From the IMG/VR virus record IMGVR_UViG_3300050821_009835, positions 1-64,000 of that record: a DNA stretch of 64,000 nucleotides; one strand, given 5' to 3'. Made by a program: the position numbers and the translations under genes. Of the stretch, positions 30,697-39,491 are shown one piece after another. Each line of letters opens with the position of its first letter. Positions within the stretch are counted from its first letter, which is position 1. The notes under the pieces are model-generated. The model was given only the letters and a program-made list of their open reading frames with translations. It had not been told where the DNA came from and did not search any database.

Positions 30697-32040
30697 TTAT
30701 CGTTCAGTCCATCGTAAAGCAGCAGCAGCATGTGTAGAGTTTCCGTTAACATCTCCATCAATTGCAATCGTTAAAATATCTCCAACGGCAGGAGACCCTG
30801 AAAATCCAAAAAGAATTTCGTAAGTGTTAGCACGAGTTCCCAAAGTCGTGTAACCTGAATCTATGGCTACACCGCCAGTAATTGTAGTGGAATCAACGTC
30901 CATTTGAGCATTGGTACCCGACACATTTACCCAGTTTGTCCCCCCACCCAAGGTCGCATTCTTGTAAAGGGTCCATTGGGAAATGGCTGGCATTGCTGTG
31001 ATATCCAGCCCTGTAAGCGTAAAAACGATTGATCCAGCTCCTGACTTAGGTCGTATCGAGAGAAGTGGGGTTAGAGTTGTGGGAACACTGACAATTAGGT
31101 TCCCTGTATTGACAGAATAGGGGGCTGCATTAGAGGTAGGAGTGCCGGGGTTAACAACGTAAACATTGAGAGCTTCCGTTGCTGAATAATCAGTGAAAGT
31201 GAGTGGGGCTAAAGTTAATTCAATCGCTGCTAGAGAGCTTTCGGCAGCGGGGTCCTGCACTACCCAGGGGGATGTGCTTTGGGTGACTGGAACACTACTA
31301 GGGAATACCACTTGAGCTTCAGTTGGATTTACAACGTATACATTGAGTGCATTCTCAGCTGGGCTACCATAAGGGGTCAGGACCAGATTCTGCAATTCCT
31401 TATTCGCATCTTCGGCACCCATTAAGACTGGTTGAATCGTAGTAGGTGGGGTATAAGTTGGAGGAAAATTTATGGCGCTCCCAGCAGCATACAATCCCTG
31501 TACCAGCGGGTCAGCCCAAACTGCACTCGTATTACCCGGTTGAGAGATTAGAATTTCTCCTGGATGAGTTGGTAAATTGCCCGCGATGTCGATTGTCCCA
31601 ACCTCGTTGGCATTAACAACACCTTCCAGAGTATAGGTTAGCACAGCCCCTGTACTCACGGTCATGGTTGACGTGAGATTTGTGCCACTTGTAATGTCCG
31701 CAAAAGAAGTTGAAGATGCCCCAGTGTTGGTGAAAGTGACTTCACCATTCGGGCCAAACGTGATAACAATTCCTGTGCCCGGGATAAAGTTCAAGGTACT
31801 TTGATCTGTAACCGGGGTGCCATTAACTTCGATCAGACTAGAGGGGATAGCAGGCAGTAAGCAAGGATCAATCGTTCCTGCCGCACCTGTCATGACAAGG
31901 CTGTAGGGATTTGCAGAGCAACTGTAGGTTGCGCCAGCTCGCCACTCCGTCCAGGGAACTTGGCCAACTTTGTCACGACGATTGACAATGACCGAAAGTT
32001 CCAGTGCATCTTGGATTGGATTTTGAATGGTGTTACTCAT
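30697..32040 (-). CDS. 447-aa Thr/Pro-rich putative virion protein
   Basis: ALNVYVVNP occurs twice; C-terminal TTLTPLLSI..KNATL domain shared with the 827-aa protein. Confidence 0.6.
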   Translation of the reverse strand: MSNTIQNPIQDALELSVIVNRRDKVGQVPWTEWRAGATYSCSANPYSLVMTGAAGTIDPCLLPAIPSSLIEVNGTPVTDQSTLNFIPGTGIVITFGPNGEVTFTNTGASSTSFADITSGTNLTSTMTVSTGAVLTYTLEGVVNANEVGTIDIAGNLPTHPGEILISQPGNTSAVWADPLVQGLYAAGSAINFPPTYTPPTTIQPVLMGAEDANKELQNLVLTPYGSPAENALNVYVVNPTEAQVVFPSSVPVTQSTSPWVVQDPAAESSLAAIELTLAPLTFTDYSATEALNVYVVNPGTPTSNAAPYSVNTGNLIVSVPTTLTPLLSIRPKSGAGSIVFTLTGLDITAMPAISQWTLYKNATLGGGTNWVNVSGTNAQMDVDSTTITGGVAIDSGYTTLGTRANTYEILFGFSGSPAVGDILTIAIDGDVNGNSTHAAAALRWTER

Positions 32041-33022
32041 ATCTGTACCATGCGATTATTTCAGATCCTGCTTCCGGAGGATTCACAAACGTGATGATGT
32101 CACTGGAAATAGTGTAATCGACGCCAACAGCTAAGACTTGCCCATTTTCAACAAGAATCAGACTGGCTGTTGGAACTGGAGTATGAACCAGGTTGAATAC
32201 TGTGTTGGACCCGTCAATTGTACCTGATGGTGTTTCTCCATCTGAAAACTCAACACCAGCAGTTACACTCCCTCCCCCGTATCTATACCACGCGACTATT
32301 TCATATCCAACCGCTGGAGGATTTATGAATGTTACGATGTTGCCAGAAATAGCGTAGTCTACACCGACGGTTAGCACTTGTCCATTTTCAGTAAGGATTA
32401 GACTGGCTGCTGGACTTGGTGCATGTGCCAAAGTAAAGATTGTATTGGTCCCATCAATAGCTCCCGATGGGATCTCTGCATCAGAGAATTCTACACCCGA
32501 TGATGCCGTTCCACCAATGAACAGTTGTTCTAGATCGTATATGAATCGAGCTGCGACAGGACCATCAAGTCTGCGAGGGGCTTGTGTTGAGGGGACGCCA
32601 GATGAGGCGTAGTATAGTTCAATAAAACGGGAACTTGCATCCAAAACAGTTGCTCCTGCACTTTCTAACGCAGAGGCATAGTTTGAAGCGATGAAATTAA
32701 AAGTGAGGGCAGTTGGGGATATTCCAGTTACGCGACCAATTTGACCATTGAGGAAGTTTGCATTGGTGAAATTGGTGAAAATAACCAATTGGTTTAGTTT
32801 AGCTGCACCTGGGCTACACGAAAGAACCAAACTATTATTGTTGAGAACAACATTGGTAATATTGGAAGATACGATAACTTGTTGATTCGATTCATACCAT
32901 TGTACACCATTTGTCTCTACAAAAATTTCTCGGCCAAGAGGATCAACAGCAGGGTCAGGCTTGAAAATCCAGAGCGCAGATTGAATGGTTGTATTGGATT
33001 GCCAGCCGCTAAATGGTGCCAT
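32033..33022 (-). CDS. Putative virion protein with tandem phage-type repeat
   Basis: Two copies of VEFSDxExPSGxIDGxNTxFxLxHxP.PxASLILxENGQVLxVGVDYxIS.xIxTFxNPP. Confidence 0.65.
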   Translation of the reverse strand: MAPFSGWQSNTTIQSALWIFKPDPAVDPLGREIFVETNGVQWYESNQQVIVSSNITNVVLNNNSLVLSCSPGAAKLNQLVIFTNFTNANFLNGQIGRVTGISPTALTFNFIASNYASALESAGATVLDASSRFIELYYASSGVPSTQAPRRLDGPVAARFIYDLEQLFIGGTASSGVEFSDAEIPSGAIDGTNTIFTLAHAPSPAASLILTENGQVLTVGVDYAISGNIVTFINPPAVGYEIVAWYRYGGGSVTAGVEFSDGETPSGTIDGSNTVFNLVHTPVPTASLILVENGQVLAVGVDYTISSDIITFVNPPEAGSEIIAWYRYE

Positions 33023-33049
33023 TGCGCAGTCCTTCGGCTCAAGTAATTT

Positions 33050-33096
33050 GACACCCGCTTGTGGTTGGGCGAGTGTCTAACTATCTTTCGATAGCT
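33050..33096 (-). promoter_or_regulatory. Two hairpins in the 5' leader of the 22-kb gene run
   Basis: On the minus strand: AGCTATC-GAAA-GATAGTT (7-bp stem, GNRA loop), then GACACTCGC-N10-GCGGGTGTC (9-bp stem with one G-U pair), ending 27 nt before the first ATG. Confidence 0.55.
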
Positions 33097-33115
33097 GATT
33101 TTCATTATCCGCTCG

Positions 33116-33121
33116 TATAAT
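33116..33121 (+). promoter_or_regulatory. -10 element TATAAT 7 nt before ATG 33129
   Basis: cgTATAATtaactgaATG with no SD. Confidence 0.5.
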
Positions 33122-33128
33122 TAACTGA

Positions 33129-33419
33129 ATGAAACCACAAGAAGCTGTTCTCAGCACCGTGACGGACGCATTGCTCGCTATGACATTATGCCCGTATGAT
33201 GAGTACAACACAATTCTTCCCCAGATCAAGAAGCAGCTTGCTTTAATCAATAAAAATGGAGTTGCTACTTTTGAGAAAACTCTTTTCGAAGAACTCCCGT
33301 TGACGACAGCACGGCGAGCATATCAAACAGCCATTCGGGTTGCTTTGGGGCAGGACAATGTTTTTCGGGAATACGTACCTCCCCAAAAATCAAAATCTAA
33401 GAAAAAGAGTATTAAATGA
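33129..33419 (+). CDS. Hypothetical protein
   Basis: First ORF of the plus-strand block. Confidence 0.6.
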   Translation: MKPQEAVLSTVTDALLAMTLCPYDEYNTILPQIKKQLALINKNGVATFEKTLFEELPLTTARRAYQTAIRVALGQDNVFREYVPPQKSKSKKKSIK

Positions 33420-33709
33420 GAACTAAGAAGGACAAGTGCCCTACTTGTGGCACTGAATTCATTCAAAGTATGCACCCGTTTGATGTAGAAGTGCGCGAAC
33501 GCTACAAAAACGTCGATCTGACGCTGCTAAGAAAGGCTGGAAATTAAGAAAACGACGCCTTAAAGTCGTCAAGGCTCTTCTAAATGAATATCAGCGTCGG
33601 TGGCCCAACCAGTAGTTCACGAACACCGGCTACTGCATTCGGGCTACGACTCCACAATAACTGTAATTTGAATCCCTTCGGTAGTTTGAAACGAAGGTAA
33701 GGAGATTTT

Positions 33710-34406
33710 ATGGCAGAGAATTTCGTAAAGCGAACCACTGTGTTTCAGATTCATTGCAGTAACTGTGATAACGACACCGTCTACAACGAGAAGAGCGACT
33801 TCGCAACTTGTTCTGTATGCAGAGCTTGCACACTCTGGTACGTTGCTGAGCGCGAGGGTCGTGTGAAGACAGCTACGCCCCCTTCTAAGGAACAGGCATC
33901 AATCCCGCTAGTCACTACTCGAGATAAGGTTGCCAATCCCAAAGAGATTCTCGCAAAGGTTTAAAGATGCCGTGTACTTACTCAGGAAGCATTGAAGGCG
34001 ACAGATTGATGCTCACTCAGGATTTGGTGACTGAGTTGACTCAGCTTCTTTGTTCACTTTGTAAACGGTGCGAAAAAGAAAAAGTCAAACTGCCTCGTAG
34101 AGTTTCAATCTGGTGGAAACAGCATAAAAAAGTGGATGCGAGGGCAAAAATCTGATGGCTTCCCAAATCACATTTTTCCGAAAGAATCCTGACCACAGTT
34201 TTGTTGAGCTCTTCGATGGTGTGGCGCAAGAGGTTCCACGTAAGGATGAAATTGTCATTTTTGCACGCGGGTACGAGATCGACGGGCACGCAGGGATTCG
34301 CTATCGTGTTGCAGAAGTGGCCCACTGTTTTATCAGTGGATATGGCTACGACGACACGATGAGTACAATCAGTCACGTTGAAATCACATTAGAGGAATTG
34401 CAATGA
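33710..34406 (+). CDS. Three small coupled ORFs (33710-33964 Zn-ribbon CxxC..CxxC; 33967-34155; 34155-34406)
   Basis: TAAGGAG RBS for the first; abutting or overlapping starts and stops. Confidence 0.55.
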
Positions 34407-34563
34407 GTTCAGAATGTTTAACTGTCCTTGTTTTGAAGGTTGGGAGTATGTTTGTTTAAGGTGTCACCCAGACAATCACGGTTGGAAAATGGCACAAACA
34501 AGGAAGCGTGATCCCGATTTCTGACCATTGAACCGAAGGGCATTCCATTTAGTATTGAGCAGT

Positions 34564-35028
34564 ATGAAAATCATCGGTTTTACCGGAAGCAGCCGGGGGA
34601 TGAACGCCGATCAGAAGGATGGGTTTCGTTCACTAATTCGAGGAATTGTTAGGTCTGAGATTCAACAGGGTGATTCCTTCATTGAGTTCCACCATGGGGA
34701 TTGCATAGGAAGCGATGACGAGGCTGCCACCATTGCTTATGAAGAGGGCTGTAAAATTGTAGCCCATCCCGGCTACCCAGCAAAGAAACCCGAAGACACA
34801 ACCTTCCGAGCATTTAACCCTCATAATGAAATCACTCTTTCTGCTAAGGAGTTTATTAAGCGGGACTATGATATTGTAGACATTGCAGATCATGTGATTG
34901 CTGCTCCGCATACTGACAAAGAGCTAGTGAGGAGCGGTACTTGGACAACCGTTCGATATGCTCGTAGGGTAAACAAAGGAATCAGTTTTGTGTTCCCAGA
35001 ACGCAGAATGGTTTCCGATGCACATTGA
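34564..35028 (+). CDS. SLOG-superfamily (DprA/YpsA-like Rossmann) protein
   Basis: IIGFTGSSRGM, FHHGDCIGSD, RDYDIVD.AD.VIA.P, SGTWTTVRYA. Confidence 0.7.
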   Translation: MKIIGFTGSSRGMNADQKDGFRSLIRGIVRSEIQQGDSFIEFHHGDCIGSDDEAATIAYEEGCKIVAHPGYPAKKPEDTTFRAFNPHNEITLSAKEFIKRDYDIVDIADHVIAAPHTDKELVRSGTWTTVRYARRVNKGISFVFPERRMVSDAH

Positions 35029-35314
35029 ATTTTAACTAGGAGAACCACATATGTACATGATGATCCACGATCCAAAACTCGAGGATCGCATCCAAAACAC
35101 GATCACTCTACTCGTGATTGATCGTGGAATGACTCCCCTTGACACGGCTAATTATCTAATCATGGTTGAAGGTTTCACTCGTGAAGATGCAGACGCCGCC
35201 GTCGGTTTTTGGCTTTATTCCAGCAACACCTAGATTCACCTACACTCGTGGCCAAATACGATCGAGCAGTAAAGGCTGTAACCTAATTTTTCACTTTGCG
35301 CCGTAGAATAAAGC

Positions 35315-35914
35315 ATGATCAAGACAAAAGTGAACGACGCTCTTCGTATTACCTTGGAAACCGGCACGTTGAATATGCGCTATTACGAAGAGGATCCCGA
35401 CCCGATTCTTTCCGCAAATTGCGCACCTTTCGAACCAGGCGAGTTTGGTACAGACCTTGTGCGGTTTAGTGTATTGCTCATTGAAAAAATGTTATCAACG
35501 TCCACAGGAATTGGACTGGCTGCACCACAAGTCGGTATTCTCAAACGAGCATTTGCAATGAAATATCCGGATATAGATAAACGAGAGGCAATCGTTCTCT
35601 ACAATCCAATCGTGATACCCGAAGGCGACGACTGGCTCTATAACGAAGGTTGCCTGTCTGTTCCCGGTGTCCACAACCAAGTCAAACGTCCCAAAAATGC
35701 AATCGTCCGTTACCAGAACGAAATCGGGAATGAGAAACGGATTGAATTGGAAATGCTTCCAGCGCGAATTGTCCAGCATGAGAATGACCATCTGAATGGG
35801 ATCATGTTCTTTGACCGCTTAACTAAGCAGATGCGTAAAGCAACGCTTCGTGAGTGGGAAAAAGAACGAACTCGCCGAGCCAAAGATTTATTTGGAACTG
35901 GAAAACAGGTATGA
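35315..35914 (+). CDS. def: Peptide deformylase
   Basis: GIGLAAPQVG, EGCLSVPG and QHENDHLNG motifs are all intact. Confidence 0.93.
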   Translation: MIKTKVNDALRITLETGTLNMRYYEEDPDPILSANCAPFEPGEFGTDLVRFSVLLIEKMLSTSTGIGLAAPQVGILKRAFAMKYPDIDKREAIVLYNPIVIPEGDDWLYNEGCLSVPGVHNQVKRPKNAIVRYQNEIGNEKRIELEMLPARIVQHENDHLNGIMFFDRLTKQMRKATLREWEKERTRRAKDLFGTGKQV

Positions 35915-36318
35915 AATTGATGCCGCCAGAACCTATTGATAAACTGGGTATGCCTATCAGGGTTGGTGATCCAGTTGCTTACGGTCATGCTTTAGGCCGA
36001 TGTGCGGGCATCCGTGTGGGTAAAGTTGTTGATATTAAGTACCGGGGGAAAGACCACAATGATATCGACCTTTGGAGCATCAGTGTCTGGGGAGTAGATG
36101 ATGACTGGGCACCCATGGTCTATTCTAAACAGCATTGGGACCCGAAAATCTATGGTGCACATTTGAACGATAAACGAGGGACACTGCAGTTTCCAGAACG
36201 AATGATTGTTCTGAAGTGGGGGCAGTTAAAACCGGAGGTTGCTAAAATGCTGACTCCAGTGAACAAAAATTACAAGCTGCCACCCGAAGAAACAAGTAAA
36301 GGACGACGGGGCTACTAA
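35911..36318 (+). CDS. Hypothetical phage protein (KOW/SH3-like)
   Basis: DKLGMPIRVGDPVAY..GKVVDI; ATGA-coupled to def. Confidence 0.55.
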   Translation: MKLMPPEPIDKLGMPIRVGDPVAYGHALGRCAGIRVGKVVDIKYRGKDHNDIDLWSISVWGVDDDWAPMVYSKQHWDPKIYGAHLNDKRGTLQFPERMIVLKWGQLKPEVAKMLTPVNKNYKLPPEETSKGRRGY

Positions 36319-36457
36319 TGAATGCGATCTGGGAGTTCTTTTTCTGCCCAGTGCACGGCGTTTTTGTCCCAGCAAATTGGGCATTCATCCTACCCGCATT
36401 GAGTGCAGCGACGGTATTCGTAAGAGGGAATTGGCAACGGTTACGAGGGCTTTTCAA

Positions 36458-36761
36458 ATGAGATTGACCAAAGCACAACGCGCAGTTATGCTGGAGATGC
36501 TGAATGGGTCTCCTCTTGTCGAGTTCCTGACTCCCCGCCGTGACCAGATTTTCTTTCGCACGTTGGGTGACTTCGGGCCAAGCTGAACTATGCAATAGAC
36601 GGAAAGAAGGTCCGATATGCGACATTTCGGACGCTGTTCAAAAACAACCTGATTCGGCCATCGGTCAGAACCCGCAGTATGCAGCCGGATTCACATCGCC
36701 TGACATCGGGACCACGAAATTCTATCTGACAGAGCGTGGAGCGGAGCTAATCAATGGGTGA
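36458..36761 (+). pseudogene. Probable ~100-aa winged-helix-like gene with two 1-nt deletions (or sequencing errors)
   Basis: Adding one G at the GGG at 36575-36577 and one at the GG near 36656 joins MRLTKAQRAVM.. to ..DGKKVRYATFRTLFKNNLI.. and ..YLTERGAELING. Confidence 0.4.
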
Positions 36762-37761
36762 GTTCAAGGAACACTATTTCGATTACAGTCGAGGTCGGGA
36801 GAACCGCCCCACTTTGTTCGTGATGGTTGGCATCTCTGGCTCCGGAAAGTCCACGGAATGCAAAGCTCGCCTGAATAAGACAGCGGGTAGGGCAATCCGA
36901 CTCAATCGGGATGACATGCGGCGTATGTTGTATGTCAATGTGCCCTGGGAAGCTCATAAGGATAACTACGTTCGAGCTGTTGAGTTGGACATGGCAAAAC
37001 GCGCCCTACATAAGGGTCTAGACGTCTACATTGACGACACCAATTGTATCCGCAAGACGCGGTACAGCTTTGAGGAACTCGCCAAAGAGGTGGAGTGCAA
37101 GCTATGCATCGTTGAAATGACCGTGTCATTCGATGAGTGTGTTAAGCGTGATCTGGCCCGGCATCAATCTGGGGAATGTGTCGGAAAAGATGTAATCCTG
37201 AAGCAGTACAAGGACTTGAATAAGAATCGCGTCGAGGTTGAGGACGCGGGAAAGCCGTTGAGCAAACCAGTGTTGACGAAGCCAGCGATGATGCGAGAGA
37301 TGCTGCATAACGGCGGCTTCACTCTCCGTCTGCCCGAAGCTCCCATCGTTATCTATGATGTAGACGGAACGTTGGCGAACCACGAAGGTGTGCGCAATCC
37401 CTATGACGAGAGTCGGGTAATCCACGACAATCCATACCCGGCGATTGTTGCTCAGGCTCGAAAGGACTATGAGACCAAAAACCTTTTCATCTTCTCGGGC
37501 CGCAAGGAAAAGTCGGGTGACGACACTTGTGATTGGATGGAGATGCACGGCGTTAAGTTCGATTTGATGCTCAATCGGTTGACCAAGGATAACCGTCACG
37601 ATACGGAAGTCAAGGGTGACATGTTGGATTTGATCCTTGAACTCTTCCCGATCGAGAAGATCGAATATGTTGTGGACGACCGCCCGGTGGTGTGTCGCCT
37701 TTGGGAGCGTCGGGGTCTCAAGGTCCAGTGGGCGCGTGGTCGTGACTTAGCCGATTTTTAA
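36754..37761 (+). CDS. pseT: T4 PseT-like polynucleotide 5'-kinase/3'-phosphatase
   Basis: Kinase VGISGSGKS, RLNRDDMR, IDDTN. HAD phosphatase IYDVDGTLA, FSGR, R..D...K, VDDRP. Confidence 0.92.
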   Translation: MGEFKEHYFDYSRGRENRPTLFVMVGISGSGKSTECKARLNKTAGRAIRLNRDDMRRMLYVNVPWEAHKDNYVRAVELDMAKRALHKGLDVYIDDTNCIRKTRYSFEELAKEVECKLCIVEMTVSFDECVKRDLARHQSGECVGKDVILKQYKDLNKNRVEVEDAGKPLSKPVLTKPAMMREMLHNGGFTLRLPEAPIVIYDVDGTLANHEGVRNPYDESRVIHDNPYPAIVAQARKDYETKNLFIFSGRKEKSGDDTCDWMEMHGVKFDLMLNRLTKDNRHDTEVKGDMLDLILELFPIEKIEYVVDDRPVVCRLWERRGLKVQWARGRDLADF

Positions 37762-38159
37762 GGAGACTATTTAAATGATTCAGACAATCGGCATGCCGAG
37801 CGGTGGTCCGCGAGACAGTTTTCGAGGAACTGTTGAGCAGGGGTGCCCAATATGCAGGTGGTTCGGGCATGTTGGGGCATTCCCTGCTCACTGGAAGACT
37901 CATTCACTCATTGATCGGGCGGCGTATCGTGTCGACCGTTGGTTACAGCATTGGTATTTATGAATGAGTTTCCTGTTGTAAAGACCTTCGAAGAAGCCGA
38001 ACCGTTTATTAGGAGCGGAATCGGAATCGCCGTTGATCTCACAGGGAATCCTGATTCTGAGAATATCCAGCGTCGAATTTCTGAATTGCATCGTGAAGTT
38101 TGTTCTACCACTTTGCGGCGTAGCGCCGTTTGGGAGCCCGGTAATTCTTGCAGACTAGC

Positions 38160-38396
38160 GTGACAAAAACTTTGTGACGTCAGATCGTTTGTTTCAGAGG
38201 ATGAATTTATGACCGCAGCTGAATGGAAACAAGCCGCTGAGAGCCATAGGAGATTGGCTGGAGATTATCGACAATATGCAGAAATCTTAACAAATACAGC
38301 TCGGTCTGAAGAAACTGCAGCTAATGCTTGCGAGATTAACGCTAGTCGTACCTTGCGAGAAGAACAAGATCAGAAATGACAAAACTTTGTGACATC
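38160..38396 (+). repeat. Imperfect ~21-bp direct repeat flanking a 56-aa ORF (38209-38379)
   Basis: GTGACAAAAACTTTGTGACGTC (38160-38181) versus ATGACAAAACTTTGTGACATC (38376-38396, the ligase start). Confidence 0.6.
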
Positions 38397-39491
38397 CTTG
38401 ACGTTGACTTGCTCCAGAAGCACATCGCCGAAGGTGTCGTCCGCTTTGCCACCCACCCGCTTTATCCTAATCTTCGGATTTACAACTACACAGAAGTGGC
38501 CCAATTTGGTCGCATTTGGGATAATGTCACCAATGTAACTCGTGGTCTCATTGTTGCCGATGATGAAGTAATCGCGAGGGGATTCAATAAATTTCACAAC
38601 CTGAACACTTCAGGTGTTGATGAGACACTGGAAGCTAATTTGCCAAAGACAATTCCACTTGTTACAGAAAAACTGGATGGTTCTATGGGCATTCAGTATT
38701 TCTGGGATGATAAATTGTGGGTTGCCTCTCGCGGCTCTTTTATGTCGGAGCAGGCAAAATGGGCGAATAACTGGATTCGTAACCGTCAGTTTATCGGTAA
38801 TCTGCTACACTACGCAACGGTGGGAAATGATCACACGATCCTATATGAGATAATTTACAAGGAAAACCGCATAGTCGTCGATTATGACTACGAAGGTTTG
38901 ATTATCACGGGATGCGTGGATACTGAGACGGGTCATGAGGTTGATCGTTCGGTGCTGGAGCAGATTGGCAAAGATTGTGATATCCCAGTCGTTAAAAAAT
39001 TTAATAAAACGTTGACGGAATGCGCAGCTGAGAACAACTTGAACGAAGAGGGCTATGTCCTCACTTACGACAAAGGCGATAATGCTCCTCCTCTAAAAAT
39101 TAAAGTCAAATTTCTCGAGTACTGCCGCCTCCATCGCATTTTGACCGGGCTGAACCCGAAGGCTATTTGGGAGATGCTGGCTGCAGGGCAGGGTGAAGCT
39201 GTTGATCTTATTCTCGACGATCCTACGATGCCATCGGAGTTCATTAAGTGGTTCGGTTCTTGGGTGGCTCAGCTTCGTGGTCAGTATATAATAATGGAAC
39301 TTCAATCAGCGGCGGTTTTCTACATTAAGCCAGAGGGAACGCGCAAGGATATAGCACTGTACTTCCAAAAGACGCCCAATCTTTGCCCAATTCTCTTCGC
39401 TATGCTGGATGGTAAGGATCCTGCACCCATAATTTGGAAGTTATTGAAAGTAAAAGCTGCAGATGAGACATTCAAGAAGGAAGATGAGTAA
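38376..39491 (+). CDS. T4 Rnl1-like RNA ligase
   Basis: YNYT..AQF..WD..T..TRGLI, RGFNKFHN, motif I TEKLDGS, SRGSF, YEIIY, EEGYV, KIKVK. Confidence 0.92.
   Translation: MTKLCDILDVDLLQKHIAEGVVRFATHPLYPNLRIYNYTEVAQFGRIWDNVTNVTRGLIVADDEVIARGFNKFHNLNTSGVDETLEANLPKTIPLVTEKLDGSMGIQYFWDDKLWVASRGSFMSEQAKWANNWIRNRQFIGNLLHYATVGNDHTILYEIIYKENRIVVDYDYEGLIITGCVDTETGHEVDRSVLEQIGKDCDIPVVKKFNKTLTECAAENNLNEEGYVLTYDKGDNAPPLKIKVKFLEYCRLHRILTGLNPKAIWEMLAAGQGEAVDLILDDPTMPSEFIKWFGSWVAQLRGQYIIMELQSAAVFYIKPEGTRKDIALYFQKTPNLCPILFAMLDGKDPAPIIWKLLKVKAADETFKKEDE

Noticed and set aside
10312-33413. AGTATT at 10312 and 33408 as promoter-motif instances
   Set aside because: Both are inside coding sequence without the 7-nt spacing, so they were not counted.
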